NCBI GenBank assembly: GCA_025594325.1
Contig: JANHCV010000002.1
Span: 2,542,001 to 2,606,000, forward strand
Length of the DNA stretch: 64,000 bases
From: Blastocladiella emersonii ATCC 22665
Lineage: Eukaryota; Fungi; Blastocladiomycota
Reading direction: 5' to 3'
Shown here: positions 10,901-21,384 of the stretch, piece by piece
How the letters are laid out: each line of letters begins with the position of its first letter
Position numbering within the stretch: position 1 is the first letter of the stretch
Translations under genes and position numbers: made by a program
The notes under the pieces: generated by a model
The model's input: the letters and a program-made list of their open reading frames with translations, nothing else
Databases searched by the model: none
Told to the model about the DNA's origin: nothing

Positions 10901-13230
10901 GCGTGGGCACGGGAGCGTTGGGCTCGACGGCGGCCGGCCCTACGGCCTTCTCGTTGATGCGCTTGCCGTCCGACTTGCCCTGGTCCTTCGGATCCGAGCC
11001 GGCGGCCGAGGAGGTCTCGCGGTTCTTGCCCTTGTCCTCGTCGGCCTTGGGCGGCGGCGCGACCTTGAACTCAATGAGCAGCTGCGTCTTCTCGCGGACG
11101 GCGAGGACGGCGGCGACCGAGTCGAGCGAGAGCGGGCCCAGCGGGCAGCCCGGGAAGAAGAGGATCGGGTTGGACTTGCCAGGGAGGTATTCGAGTTCGA
11201 TCGAGTACGGCGCCCACTTCTGCTTGGGCTTCTCCTTCTTCTTGTCTTCGGCGCCTGCGTCGGCGTCTGCCACAGCGGACGCAGCGGCGGGCGCAGCGGC
11301 GGTGGCGGCCTCAGACTCGGCGGGCGCAGACGCGCTCTTGCCCTCGCCAGCCCGCGAGCCAGGCTCGGCGGCGGCCGCAGGGACCGGCAGCGAGGGGTCG
11401 AGCTCACCCAAAACGCGAGCATCGGCGGACGAGGAGCGCTGCTTGCGCGGCGCGGCCATGGCCGGGTCAGCGTTCGAGGACGACGCGGTGACCTTGGATT
11501 CGGCGGGCTCGCGCACGGCGCCGGTAGCCGACGGTGTGGCGGGAGCAGATGCGGCCGAAGGCGCTGCGTCGGCGGACCGACCGGCGGGCGCCGTCACGAT
11601 GGCCTTGGCGCGCGGGCGTGTTGTCGACGAGCTGGTGGGCGTGGTCTCGGGCTGCTGGCCGGCGGTCAACGACTCAGTCTGCTTCCCGCTCTTCTCGCCG
11701 TCGGCCGAGTCGCCACTCTTCTCCTTCGTCTCGACGGGGACCTTGACGAGCATGATCTTGGCCTTGAACGTGTGGCCCTCGAGGAAGCCGAGGCCGTCGG
11801 GCGCTGACGAGACCGTGTAGGTGGCGACGATGCCAGCGCGCGCAATGTCCTTGCGCTCGAGCGGCTCGAGCTCCTTGTCCTTGTCGTCGGCGCCCTTGCT
11901 GCCCGACTTGTCCGTCTTGGCGGCAGGCTTTGCGCCCAGCGCATCTGTGTCCGCCGTCGCGTCGCCGTCCGAGATGCCCGCGTCCGACGGCGCGTCGTCG
12001 CGGTCCGAGTCGCGCGCGTCAGACTCCGCGTTGCCCGCTTCGGCCGCGGCGGCCGCAGCAGCAGCAGGGAGGACAGCTTCGCCGGCCGGCGGCTCCTTGC
12101 CGTTGTCGTCGGACTTGGACTCGAGCTCCTTGCCGTTGGCGTCCTCGGAGTCGGCCTTCTGCTTGTCGGCGGCGACGGCCGACTCGTCCTTCTTCTCGGC
12201 GGCATCATCGTCATCTTCATCATCATCGTCGCCACCCTCGTCGTCCTTTGTCTCCTCATCGGTAGGCGGGCCGGCGACGAGCACGTTGACGACGTCGAGC
12301 ACGCCGCGCAGGTGGTACTTGCCAATCATCTCATCGAGCTTGGTGCGCGGGACGATCTTGTCGAGGCGCTTACCGGCAGGCTCGGACGGTGAGAAGGGCT
12401 GGTGCCACTTGATCTTGGCGAAGCGCGTGGGCGCGACGGGCTTCTTGTCGGTCTACACACACGAGAAACGAGTGAGCGGATGGACAAACGAGCGTGCCGT
12501 ATCGGCGCAGGCGTACCTTGGCGTCCTTGGACGCGTCGCTCGAGTCTTTGGCGGCGCTGGCTGCGTCGGCGGAGCGAGAACTGGCCGCATCGGACACGGC
12601 GGCGGTGGCGGTCTTATTGTTGGTCTACACACGCGAGTACAGAGTGAGTGGACAGACCATGGATCGAGTGCTGCGCGTGATAGTGTACCTTGGCGTGCTT
12701 GGACCCGTCGGTCGAGTCCTTGGCGGCGCTGGTCGCGTCGGCGGGGCCGGGGTTGGCCGCGGCCGAGGCGACGGCGGCGGTAGGAGCGGGCTCGGGAACA
12801 GGAGCAGTGGTTGAGGCCGACTAGTTGGCGCAATGGAGCGAGTGAGCACGCAGTGACCTACGTCAGGACGTGAGCCGACGCGTACCGGCTTCGCGACAGG
12901 AGAGCGGCTCGGAGCGCCATCGTGCGAGTTGACGGATGTCGCCGATACAGGATCGCGTCGAGGAGGTGCGAGTGCAGGTGCAGGTGCAGGGGTCGAGGGA
13001 GCAGCAGCGCTCACGGGTGGAGCAGCGCGAGCCGCCGACGGGGCGGCGGGAGCAGGCGCGACGGCAAAGTCGACGCCCGAGTCGGCGCGAGCGTGTATCG
13101 GTGCATGGGTCGATTCATGGTGGCGATTGCGTGGAGTGCCGGGTGCCGATGAGGTCGGCGAGGGAGGGCCTGAAGGCGGAGCAGCCGCGGCGGCCGAAGC
13201 GCGTGCCGCCGGAGACGCGTCACGGTCCAT
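1998..13230 (-). CDS. Giant (~3,680 aa) protein: low-complexity N-terminus, long beta-rich region, hydrophobic helical segment, ~23 TRAF-type Zn fingers, C-terminal ILEI/PANDER-like domain
   Basis: The 3443-aa ORF extends upstream through three phase-0 GT..AG introns (12453-12516, 12625-12688, 12821-12885) to ATG 13230 (MDRDASPAAR...). Exon lengths 345/132/108/10455 are all multiples of 3. Repeated C-x2-4-C...H-x3-4-C units lie at ~2620-5190. C-terminal WRGLHVVAID...FDT...RVIVMAVYDEA...IQKLAHREGY motifs are ILEI-like. Confidence 0.85.
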
Positions 13231-13805
13231 TCCGGGTGGTCGCCCAACTAGGCAAGGCGGGGCGCGTGGGTCAGCCAGACGAGATCGGGGGACGTGCGAG
13301 ACGCGCCGCACGCACAGTTGTTGATGCGAGCGCTGACCGAGGAGCACACGACGGCTGCTTGGACACAGGCGGAGCAACGGCGAGGACGTGAAGCGGCGCG
13401 CCGAGTGGGCCGGATGCGTGGAGACCCGAGAGCCCGCGACGGCGTGAAGAGGTCGGCGAGGACGAGAGAGCGAGCGTGAACGGCGGTCCGTCGAAGCCGA
13501 TCTGACTTCCGCGACTGCGCCATCTCGCCGGCCCGCAGATCCCAGCGCTTCCCTGCTATTGGGTTTCGCTGTTCCCGAGCGCCCCCAAACCCGGCGCCTT
13601 CTCGAACCGCGTGCACATCCGTTGTTCCGCCGAATCCTGTGGCTGGAAGCGGCCACTTTGCCCGAACATACCCTTCGGATTCTCCTCCAGGACCAGCAAG
13701 CCCGTCGCTCAACCTTCGCCGCGCTCCCTCTCCCGTCTCCCCTCCTCGATCGTCCGGTAATCGGCCGCGCGACCCGACCTGCAGCACTCGTCACGCACCA
13801 CTACC

Positions 13806-16190
13806 ATGGCCACCAAGCAGCAGACGCGCCGCGTGCACTCGCCGCTGACCGACACCATCACGACGCTGCAGGACCTCACGTCCGCGCGCGCGTGGCCGTC
13901 GTGGCGCGCCCGCGTCGAGGACATGCTCGCCGCCGACGGGTGCAAGTTCCTCATGCCCGCGCGCGGCACCGATCCCGCCGCCGTGCCGACCGAGGCCCTC
14001 GTCACGCAGCTCGCCGCCCGCCTCAAGTCGCTGCACAAGCTGAGCTCGGACGCCGACGCCCGCGCCGAGGCCCGCGACCTGCAGTTCGCCTACTGCGCGC
14101 TGCTCCGCTCGACGCTCGCCAGCGACTGGTACGCGGTCGTCGCCGACGCCGAGTGCCCGACGGCTCTGATCGCCGCGCTCGAGGCCCACGCCGCCGCCGA
14201 GTCGGCCAAGGCCGCCGCTCTCGCCGCCAAGAACAAGTCGTCGTCGTCGTCGTCGTTGGGCGGCGTCAAGGCCGAGAAGGTCATCCCGCTCATCCTCCAG
14301 GACAAGAACAACGCCTTCAACCACGCCGAGCTGACCCAGCTCGTCGACCAGCTGTGCGGCTCGCTGCTCGACCGCGACGAGGCCGTGCGCGTGCTGCTGC
14401 TCAGCGTGCTCTCGGGCCAGAACGTGCTGCTGCTCGGCCCGCCCGGCACCGCCAAGTCGTACGCCGTCAACGAGACCATGAAGCGCATCGTCACGCCGCG
14501 CCCGCACTTTTCGACCACGCTGCACGCCACCTCGACCGTCGACGACCTGATCGGCCCGATCGACGTGCAGTCGCTGACCACCGTCAGCGTGTCGCAGCGC
14601 AACCTCGGCGGCATGCTCGCCGACACGGAGCTGGCCTTCCTCGACGAGATCTTCAAGGCGTCCAAGGCGACGCTGTCGTGCCTCATGACCATCCTCAACG
14701 AGCGCCGCATCGCCAACGGCTCCACCATGGTCGACACGCCGCTGCACGTGTGCTTCGGCGCGTCCAACGAGGTGCCGCTCGAGGCGTCGCAGGCCGCGCT
14801 CATGGACCGCTTCCCGCTGCGCGTGTTCGTCGACTACGTCAGCCCGACCACGCGGCTCGCGCTGCTCGGCTTCCTCGGTACCGACACGTCGTCGTCGTCG
14901 TCGCCCGTGCTGCGCATCAACCTCGGCGACGTGGCCGACGTCAGCAAGCGCGCGCAGGCGCTCGGCAACGTGCTCGCCGACCCGGCCATGCTCGCGCTGT
15001 TCACGGACCTGCACGAGTACATCAACGGCGCCCTCCTGCGCGAGGCCGAGTACCGCGCCGCCGGTCCTCCTCCCGCCACCGCTGCATCTACTTCAACCAG
15101 CACCGCCTCGACGGGCGTGCGCAAGGGCGGCTCGGCGTGGATGGACTCGCTGTTCGCGGGCGGCAAGTCGGGCGTGTTCGGCGCGCAGTCGCAGCAGACG
15201 TACGGCGGGTGGCTGCTCACGGACCGCGGCATCGTGGTGCTGCTCAAGGTGCTGCGCGTCGTCGTGTTCGCGCACGGCCGCACCAAGGCCAACCCGCTCG
15301 ACGTGTACCCGGTCGTGTACGTGGCGTGGCAGACCAAGGACCAGCACCAGTGCCTCGTGCAGTGGCTCGAGGCCCGCCTCGCCAAGGAGCTCGCCGCGCT
15401 CGCGCAGATCAAGGGCCGCGACGCTGTCGCCGCGACGGTCAAGGCGCACCTGTTCGTGCCCGACGCCGCCAAGCAGCGAATCCTCAACGGGTTCATGGGC
15501 CCCGCTCCCGCCGTCGAGACCAAGCCCGCTCCCGCGCTGGCCCCTGTGGCGCCAGCTGCCGAGCCTGCACCCGCCGTCGAGCAGAAACCCGCGGCCTCCG
15601 AGGTCTCGCTTCGCGTCGTGTCCATGGGCTTCAACGAGCGCACGGGCGAGCAGGGCACGTTCCGCGTCAGCATGGGTAACGCGGCGCCGTTCATCGACAT
15701 TAGCGGTCCGCGCGGCACCAACATGCAGTTCACCGGGCTGCACATCGTATCCATCGACGGGTTCACGGGCGGCCGGCCGACTGGGATTCAGCACTGGCTC
15801 GTCAACACCAACTCGCCCAAGCGCGAGGTGACGCGCCTGCAGTACTACGGCGATTCGGAGCCCGTTCGCTTTGAGCAGAAGACGATCGCCGAGGTCCTCA
15901 ATGACCTGGCGAATCCCGCCAAGGCGCTGGTGGGTCGTGTCGTCGTAATCGGCGTGTTCGACGAGGCGAGCGAGAACCTGGTCGACTTCAGCCGCATCAA
16001 GATCCAGACCGCGTCGGGCCGCGGCCAGCGTTCCCGGATCAGCGACCTTCGCTACCGCTCCGGCTACGCGTGTGCAGTTCAGATGCGGACTGGCGCCGAC
16101 GGGAACCTCACGCGCGTGTCCCTTGGCGAGGAGCTCTCGCCCGCGGGCGAGGTCGCTGAGCTTCAGTGTTCGGCCCTGTTTCCCAACTAG
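13806..16190 (+). CDS. RavA-like MoxR-family AAA+ ATPase with C-terminal ILEI/PANDER-like domain (794 aa, intronless)
   Basis: Motifs: LLDRDEAVRVLLLSVLSGQNVLLLGPPGTAKS (Walker A), LAFLDEIFKA (Walker B), TILNER, GASNEVP, ALMDRFPLRVFVDYV, and lid TDRGIVVLLKVLRVVVFAHGRTKANPLDV...W. All parallel RavA-subfamily motifs. Codon bias is strong and GC3-rich. Confidence 0.9.
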   Translation: MATKQQTRRVHSPLTDTITTLQDLTSARAWPSWRARVEDMLAADGCKFLMPARGTDPAAVPTEALVTQLAARLKSLHKLSSDADARAEARDLQFAYCALLRSTLASDWYAVVADAECPTALIAALEAHAAAESAKAAALAAKNKSSSSSSLGGVKAEKVIPLILQDKNNAFNHAELTQLVDQLCGSLLDRDEAVRVLLLSVLSGQNVLLLGPPGTAKSYAVNETMKRIVTPRPHFSTTLHATSTVDDLIGPIDVQSLTTVSVSQRNLGGMLADTELAFLDEIFKASKATLSCLMTILNERRIANGSTMVDTPLHVCFGASNEVPLEASQAALMDRFPLRVFVDYVSPTTRLALLGFLGTDTSSSSSPVLRINLGDVADVSKRAQALGNVLADPAMLALFTDLHEYINGALLREAEYRAAGPPPATAASTSTSTASTGVRKGGSAWMDSLFAGGKSGVFGAQSQQTYGGWLLTDRGIVVLLKVLRVVVFAHGRTKANPLDVYPVVYVAWQTKDQHQCLVQWLEARLAKELAALAQIKGRDAVAATVKAHLFVPDAAKQRILNGFMGPAPAVETKPAPALAPVAPAAEPAPAVEQKPAASEVSLRVVSMGFNERTGEQGTFRVSMGNAAPFIDISGPRGTNMQFTGLHIVSIDGFTGGRPTGIQHWLVNTNSPKREVTRLQYYGDSEPVRFEQKTIAEVLNDLANPAKALVGRVVVIGVFDEASENLVDFSRIKIQTASGRGQRSRISDLRYRSGYACAVQMRTGADGNLTRVSLGEELSPAGEVAELQCSALFPN

Positions 16191-16611
16191 GTGACTTCCG
16201 AACTGATCAATATAGTACGCTGAGGCCTTTAATAGTCGCAAGAAATCGCACTTCACATCAAGTCCTCAAGCGGATGGCGTCGTGAGAGACGCGTTGCTCA
16301 AACGCACGTGGTGGCACAGCCGAGCGCTGTTCCGCGAGCCGAGCGACCCGCGAGGCGTCGGATGCCTCGCGCATGCTGCTCTCGAAACCGTTGGTTTCAA
16401 CCAACCAAAGTTTCCGTCGCTGCTGCCGGGCAGAGCGATTCATCTACGGGTCAGTCGACGCGTGTGCCGCCCGCCCTCGTTAGACCGGCGATGCTGACAT
16501 TGATTGCACTACGCGTTCTTGAGCGCGTCAAGAGTGCTCAACGTCAGGGCTCGACCAGTTTGGGTTCACACTTAACTCTGTTTATCGAAATGCCACATGA
16601 CCATCGCGCGG

Positions 16612-19560
16612 CTACACATCCTCGGTGCACTCGCGCGCAAGTCGCTGCACCTCCTGGATTCCCACGCCTGCGCCCTCGAGCACGGACTCGACCTGGAACG
16701 CGACGCACCCGGCCTCGAGCCCGACGATCAGGATTGACTCGTCGGGCGAGACCGTGAGCCGCGAGATGAGCCCGCGGCCGACGTTGAGCGCGCCCCACGC
16801 GCCGCGCGGACGGTGGCCCGCGTCCATGTCCTCGGCCGAGTACCGCACGACCTTGCCAACGGGTAGCGGCGGCGCGCCGTCGAGCGCGTTGGGCCCGAAC
16901 CCATACAGCGCCTCGGGCGGGATGGTCGCGCCGTGCGACCACACGTCGTCGACGTCGAGCTTGCGCTTCCAGAGGTAGACGTCGTCGACGAACGGACACT
17001 GATCGCGCACGCGGATCAGCGACGAGGTCGAGGCGGCCAGGATGTCCTGCTGCGTCGGGACCGACTGCCGCGTCGACTTGAGGTCGACCGGGGTGCTGGC
17101 GCTCCGCGACGCGCAGGCGAGCGTTGGGCGGTACGCGTGCAGCAGCGGGATGTCCCAGAACCGGATCACGCCGTCGCGACCCGCCGTTGCGAGCAGGTCG
17201 CTCCCGCGCAACCACACGGCGTCGATGATCCCGACGCTCGTGTCCGCGTGTGCCACGGTGTCGTCTACACGCGAGCGACGCGAACTGTGAGAACACGCGG
17301 CGCGGATGGCGTTTCGGGCGGTCCGAACCCGAGTGCGGCAGAATGCCCAGTGCGCGCGTCTTGTCCGAGACGTCGATGACGACGAGCCGGTTGCTGCACC
17401 CGCCCGCGTACGCGTACCGGCCACACGGACTACACGGCGAGGGTCAGCCATGGTCGCGGAGCGGCCGCGCGTGTCGCGTACCTGAACCCGAGGACGTCGC
17501 AATCGGTCAGCCCGGTCCACCACGCGCACTCGACGACGGGATCTGCGATGCGCCGCGGGCTGAACTTGGTAGCCTCACCGATGGGCGCGAGCTTGACGAA
17601 CCACAGCCGCTGGTCGCCTGAGTTAGCGCCCGTGCGCCTGGCTTTTTCGCGCGGCGCCGTGATGAACGCGGCATACGGGCCGTGCGTGCCGTCGACGGCG
17701 GCCACGTCGACGATGGGGAACGGGTGCGCGATGGAGTGGCGCAGCGGGCCCGCGTCGGTGGGCGTGCGCCACGCCGCGTTGCCCGTCCCGGCGCAGCACA
17801 GCTCATTGATCTGGCGCAGGTCCCACACGATCAGCGCGGCCCACTGCGTGCCCTTGAACGTGTCGCACCCGGCCACGAGCCGGTGCGCGCCCGCGAACGC
17901 GAGCCGGTTGACGGGGCGCCGCTCGGCGTCGAGCAGCGCGAAGGACCGGCGGAAGTCGCCGCGCACGATGCGGGCCAGGTTGAAGACGATGAGGTTGCTA
18001 CATGAATGCGTGCGAGAAGGGCGTCAGTCGGCCGACCCTGAGACCCCGCGCCGCTAGAGAGGCCTACCTGTCCTGGTCGCCGACGGCAATCATCCACGGC
18101 GCCTCAGGCGACTGCGCGATGGCGATCGCAAACTCCGAGTCGCTGAAGGTGGGAAACTCGGGCGGGAGCGGGACGGGCGACCCGTCGTCGATGCGCGACA
18201 CAGCGAAGGTGCCGTTGACGCCGCCCGAGACGACCCAGTCGCGCCACACGACGACGGCGGCGACGGTGAGCGAGCAGCGCGGGGCGAGTGGGTTGGCGCC
18301 CGCGTTCGGGTTCGGGACCGAGTGAAGCTCGCGTTCCATGCGGTACGCGCGCGCCGTGAGATCGACGAAGATCAGGTTGCCCTCGCGGTTCTCCGAGTCG
18401 CCGGGTTTTGCGGCCGCGGCAACGACGAGGAGGCGGCTACACACAGAATCGAAAGTTAGCGCGCGAGTCGAGGGAGCGCTGGGTGGGTACAGGGCGCACT
18501 TGTTGGGCATCACGAGCATCTCCGTATCGCCACTCGTGGTCGGCAGGTTGAAGGCGAAGTTGAGCGACGCGAGCACCTCGCGGTTCATCCACTGCCGCAT
18601 CCCGCGCTGGTTGCCCGTGATCTCGGTGCGGAAGCGAAGATGCAGCCGGTTGATGCCGCCCGCGAGCGCTGCGTTGCCAGCCAGCGGAGCTTCAAATGCC
18701 AGTCTCCGCGGCGCAGGCAAGCTGCTCTCTGGCACCACGACAGCAATGTGTCGCTGCGGCGGCAAACCATTTTCGCCGGGCTTCTCGACGATGAAGGCAC
18801 CGACTGGCGCGCCACCGAGCCGAGCGTAAGCATCGAGCGCCGCTGCGTCGACCACGGGAAGCTCTGGATGCGGCGCCTCGGAGTCGGAATAGGCGGATAA
18901 GGCACCGTTCGTGCCCGCCTGAAGGATCGCGTGGTGGATCATGCGAAGCTGCTCCACGCTAAGCAAGTCGGTAGGCAACGTATTGGTGTGCTGCGGCGCG
19001 GGGTGCCGGTGCCTGCCCACACTCACGAGCTTGCCCGCGTGCAAGTGTCTGCTCCTGCGCACGAACAGGCTCGGGTTGTGACCGACCCCGTGCATGTCCC
19101 ACTTCTTCCAGTGTAACTGGACACGATGAGCGTCGCCGCGCGTGCGGATGGCAGGTCGCGACTTCGTTGGCGGCGGCTTAGGGATCTGCGGGATGAGACC
19201 GGCAACGAGCTCGTCCTCCAGGACCTCCTCGGCTTCACCCCAGTCGCCACTGGTCGTGTCCACATCCATGGCCGAGTCGTCCTCGTCCTCGTCGTCGCCG
19301 TCGCCCGTATCCGAGTCCGAATCCACATCCATGCAAGCGGTGCTCGACGTACGCCGCGCCCGAGGACGTGAGGGCGGCGGCGGAGCACGCTGGGCGTTCG
19401 AGGCGCCGCTCGACATGCTGGACACGCTCGAGACGCCGGAGTTACCCGAGCCGGGTCGGGACTCGGGCGTCGGCGACGACGAGGCGATGGTGATGACCTC
19501 ACGCGCGGGTGGGCGGCCTGCCGCGCCCGCTGCGCCAAGTGGGGCGCGGTTGCAATTCAT
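16612..19560 (-). CDS. WD40-repeat protein with acidic/low-complexity N-terminus (3 introns)
   Basis: ORFs 18064-19560, 17430-17966 and 16612-17529 join via GT..AG introns (first 17998-18067; others near 17430-17480 and 17265-17330). WD-like segments: WVVSGGVNGTFAV, ALIVWDLRQI, FSPCGRYAYAGGCSNRLVVIDV, LLATAGRDGVIRFWDI, ISRLTVSPDESILIVG. Confidence 0.75.
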
Positions 19561-19744
19561 ATGCTATGCATTAGCGGCGACGCATGCGCTCGTTGAGGGA
19601 GCGGGGAGTCGGAGCACTCCAGTCGTGAGTCATGGCGGCCGCCTCCTCGGCGCGCTCACGCGTGGCGGCGCGACGCGTCCGCGACGTGTTGCTCGGCCGC
19701 TTGCTCTCTCTCTCGTCGATGCAACCCCGCCCTCACCATCTGCA

Positions 19745-20921
19745 ATGTTGTCTCCTCACTCGCCGCAGTCTCCCGCTGCCGCCGATGCATCTGCGCCACC
19801 AGCGCCCACGCCCGCCGAGGTGAAGCTCGCGCGGTCGGGTGCCTCCGCGATCGGCGTTCCCACCTTCCGCTTCATCTCGCACGGCGACCGGCAGCCACTC
19901 GCCATCTCTCCGAGCACCTCGAACGCGCGAGTTAATGCGCGTCGCGGTGCCACCGAGTCGCCCGAGGCCACGGCGCGCAAGCTCATGGACAAGTGGTGCG
20001 TGTCCTCGCGCGACGACGTGCGTTGTCAGGGTTGCTGACTTGACGACACGGGCGTGCAGGGGATTCACGTCCGAGAACTCGTACCTCCGCTGCTTCTCGT
20101 ACGACCAGTTCGTCGCGCCGCACCAGTACGAGGCGTTCCTCAAGCAGTTCTTTGCGGATCCCGTCGTTCGGGGCGATCTACAGGTACTATTCCTCGATCA
20201 AACGATTACTCGACTCGCGTTAACATTAATCACGCGTCTAGCTGGTCGGCTCCACGGACGCGTTGCGCCCACTGTCCGGCTCGACCGGTAACCTCGCGTT
20301 CCACCCGCTTGCCGTGACGCGGTGCGACATGTCCATCTTCGACGGTCTCTTTGACTCGGGCGTCGTGCGGCGTAACGGGGCCATCGTCAAGTGCTTTGAC
20401 GACTACTACTCGCCCGCTGCGGTCCCGACTGCACCCTCGGCCGATTTGCACGCCGAGCCGGGCGACACGCTGATCCCCGACGAGCTGCGGCGCGCGATGC
20501 TCGACGCGAGCTCCGACCACTTTGACTCGGCCGTGACGACGACTGACCGTCGCGAGCTGCTGTACCACCTATTCGCGCACCTGGTCCTCGGCGGCCGCGT
20601 CAACCAGTTCGAGGACGAGATCGCGCCGTACTTGACCGTCGCCAAGCTCATTTACAAGAAGATGATCAGGTACGCGATGCGTTCGCCTATCACGTGCAAT
20701 GTCGAGTGCTAACCTTGGTCATTCGTAGTGCCACCCGCTCTCAATCCGACCCGAACGTGATCCAGCTGCACGGCGCCGCGTTCGCCGTCCTCCCGCGCAA
20801 CGCCGACTCGACGGCACCGCTCTTTCCGATGCGGCACCGCCAGAACTTCCTCATCGCAGCCATCGACCCGCTGCGCCGCCGCGTCACGCTGTGGTACCAC
20901 GCATCCACGGCCTTTTACTGA
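19745..20921 (+). CDS. CFAP300: Cilia- and flagella-associated protein 300 (dynein arm assembly factor, C11orf70/DUF4498)
   Basis: The spliced product (3 introns, first 19996-20059) reads KW|GFTSENSYLRCFSYDQF...FLKQFFADPVV..., CDMSIFDGLFDSGVVRRNGAIVKC, IPDELRRAML, RRELLYHLFAHLVLGGRVNQFEDEIAPYLTVAKLIYK, IDPLRRRVTLWYH. This is collinear with CFAP300. Confidence 0.9.
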
Positions 20922-21384
20922 GTCTGAATGACATCAGATGATTATTGGAGCGTATGTGTGAAATGGCAGTACCAGAGCCGTCTTGAGCTGAGAAAGGCTT
21001 TCAGGTTGCCACCCGCCCGCGATGAGTTGAGTCGTGGCCGCATCGCCGGTCGCGCGCGCTGTAGCCAGGCGGTTCTGGAGGAGCGCCGTGCGCGTGCGAT
21101 AAAAGGTACCCGCTTGGCTCGGTCGTACTGACTCTGCGTTCCGGCCACCATGGTCGTGGCCGCGAGGACGATGGCCACGGCCGCGGAGACGCGTTTCGGC
21201 TCGGCGCGTGGATCGCGTCGTGTCTCCGCCCCGACCACGTGTCCCAGCCACTGGAACACAACGCGTGTGTCTCCCACCCGCTCGCGATTGACTCGTAGGC
21301 ATCCCCGCGTGCATGGTTGGTGATGACAGGGTCCGCCGCGCTCTGCTCTCCCTCGCCCGAGCTCGAACTCAACAGCGACCAGTA

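Noticed and set aside
1998-13230. Giant protein as the vWA (ViaA-like) partner of the RavA-like ATPase
   Set aside because: No DxSxS...T...D MIDAS motif or vWA alpha/beta pattern was found by eye.
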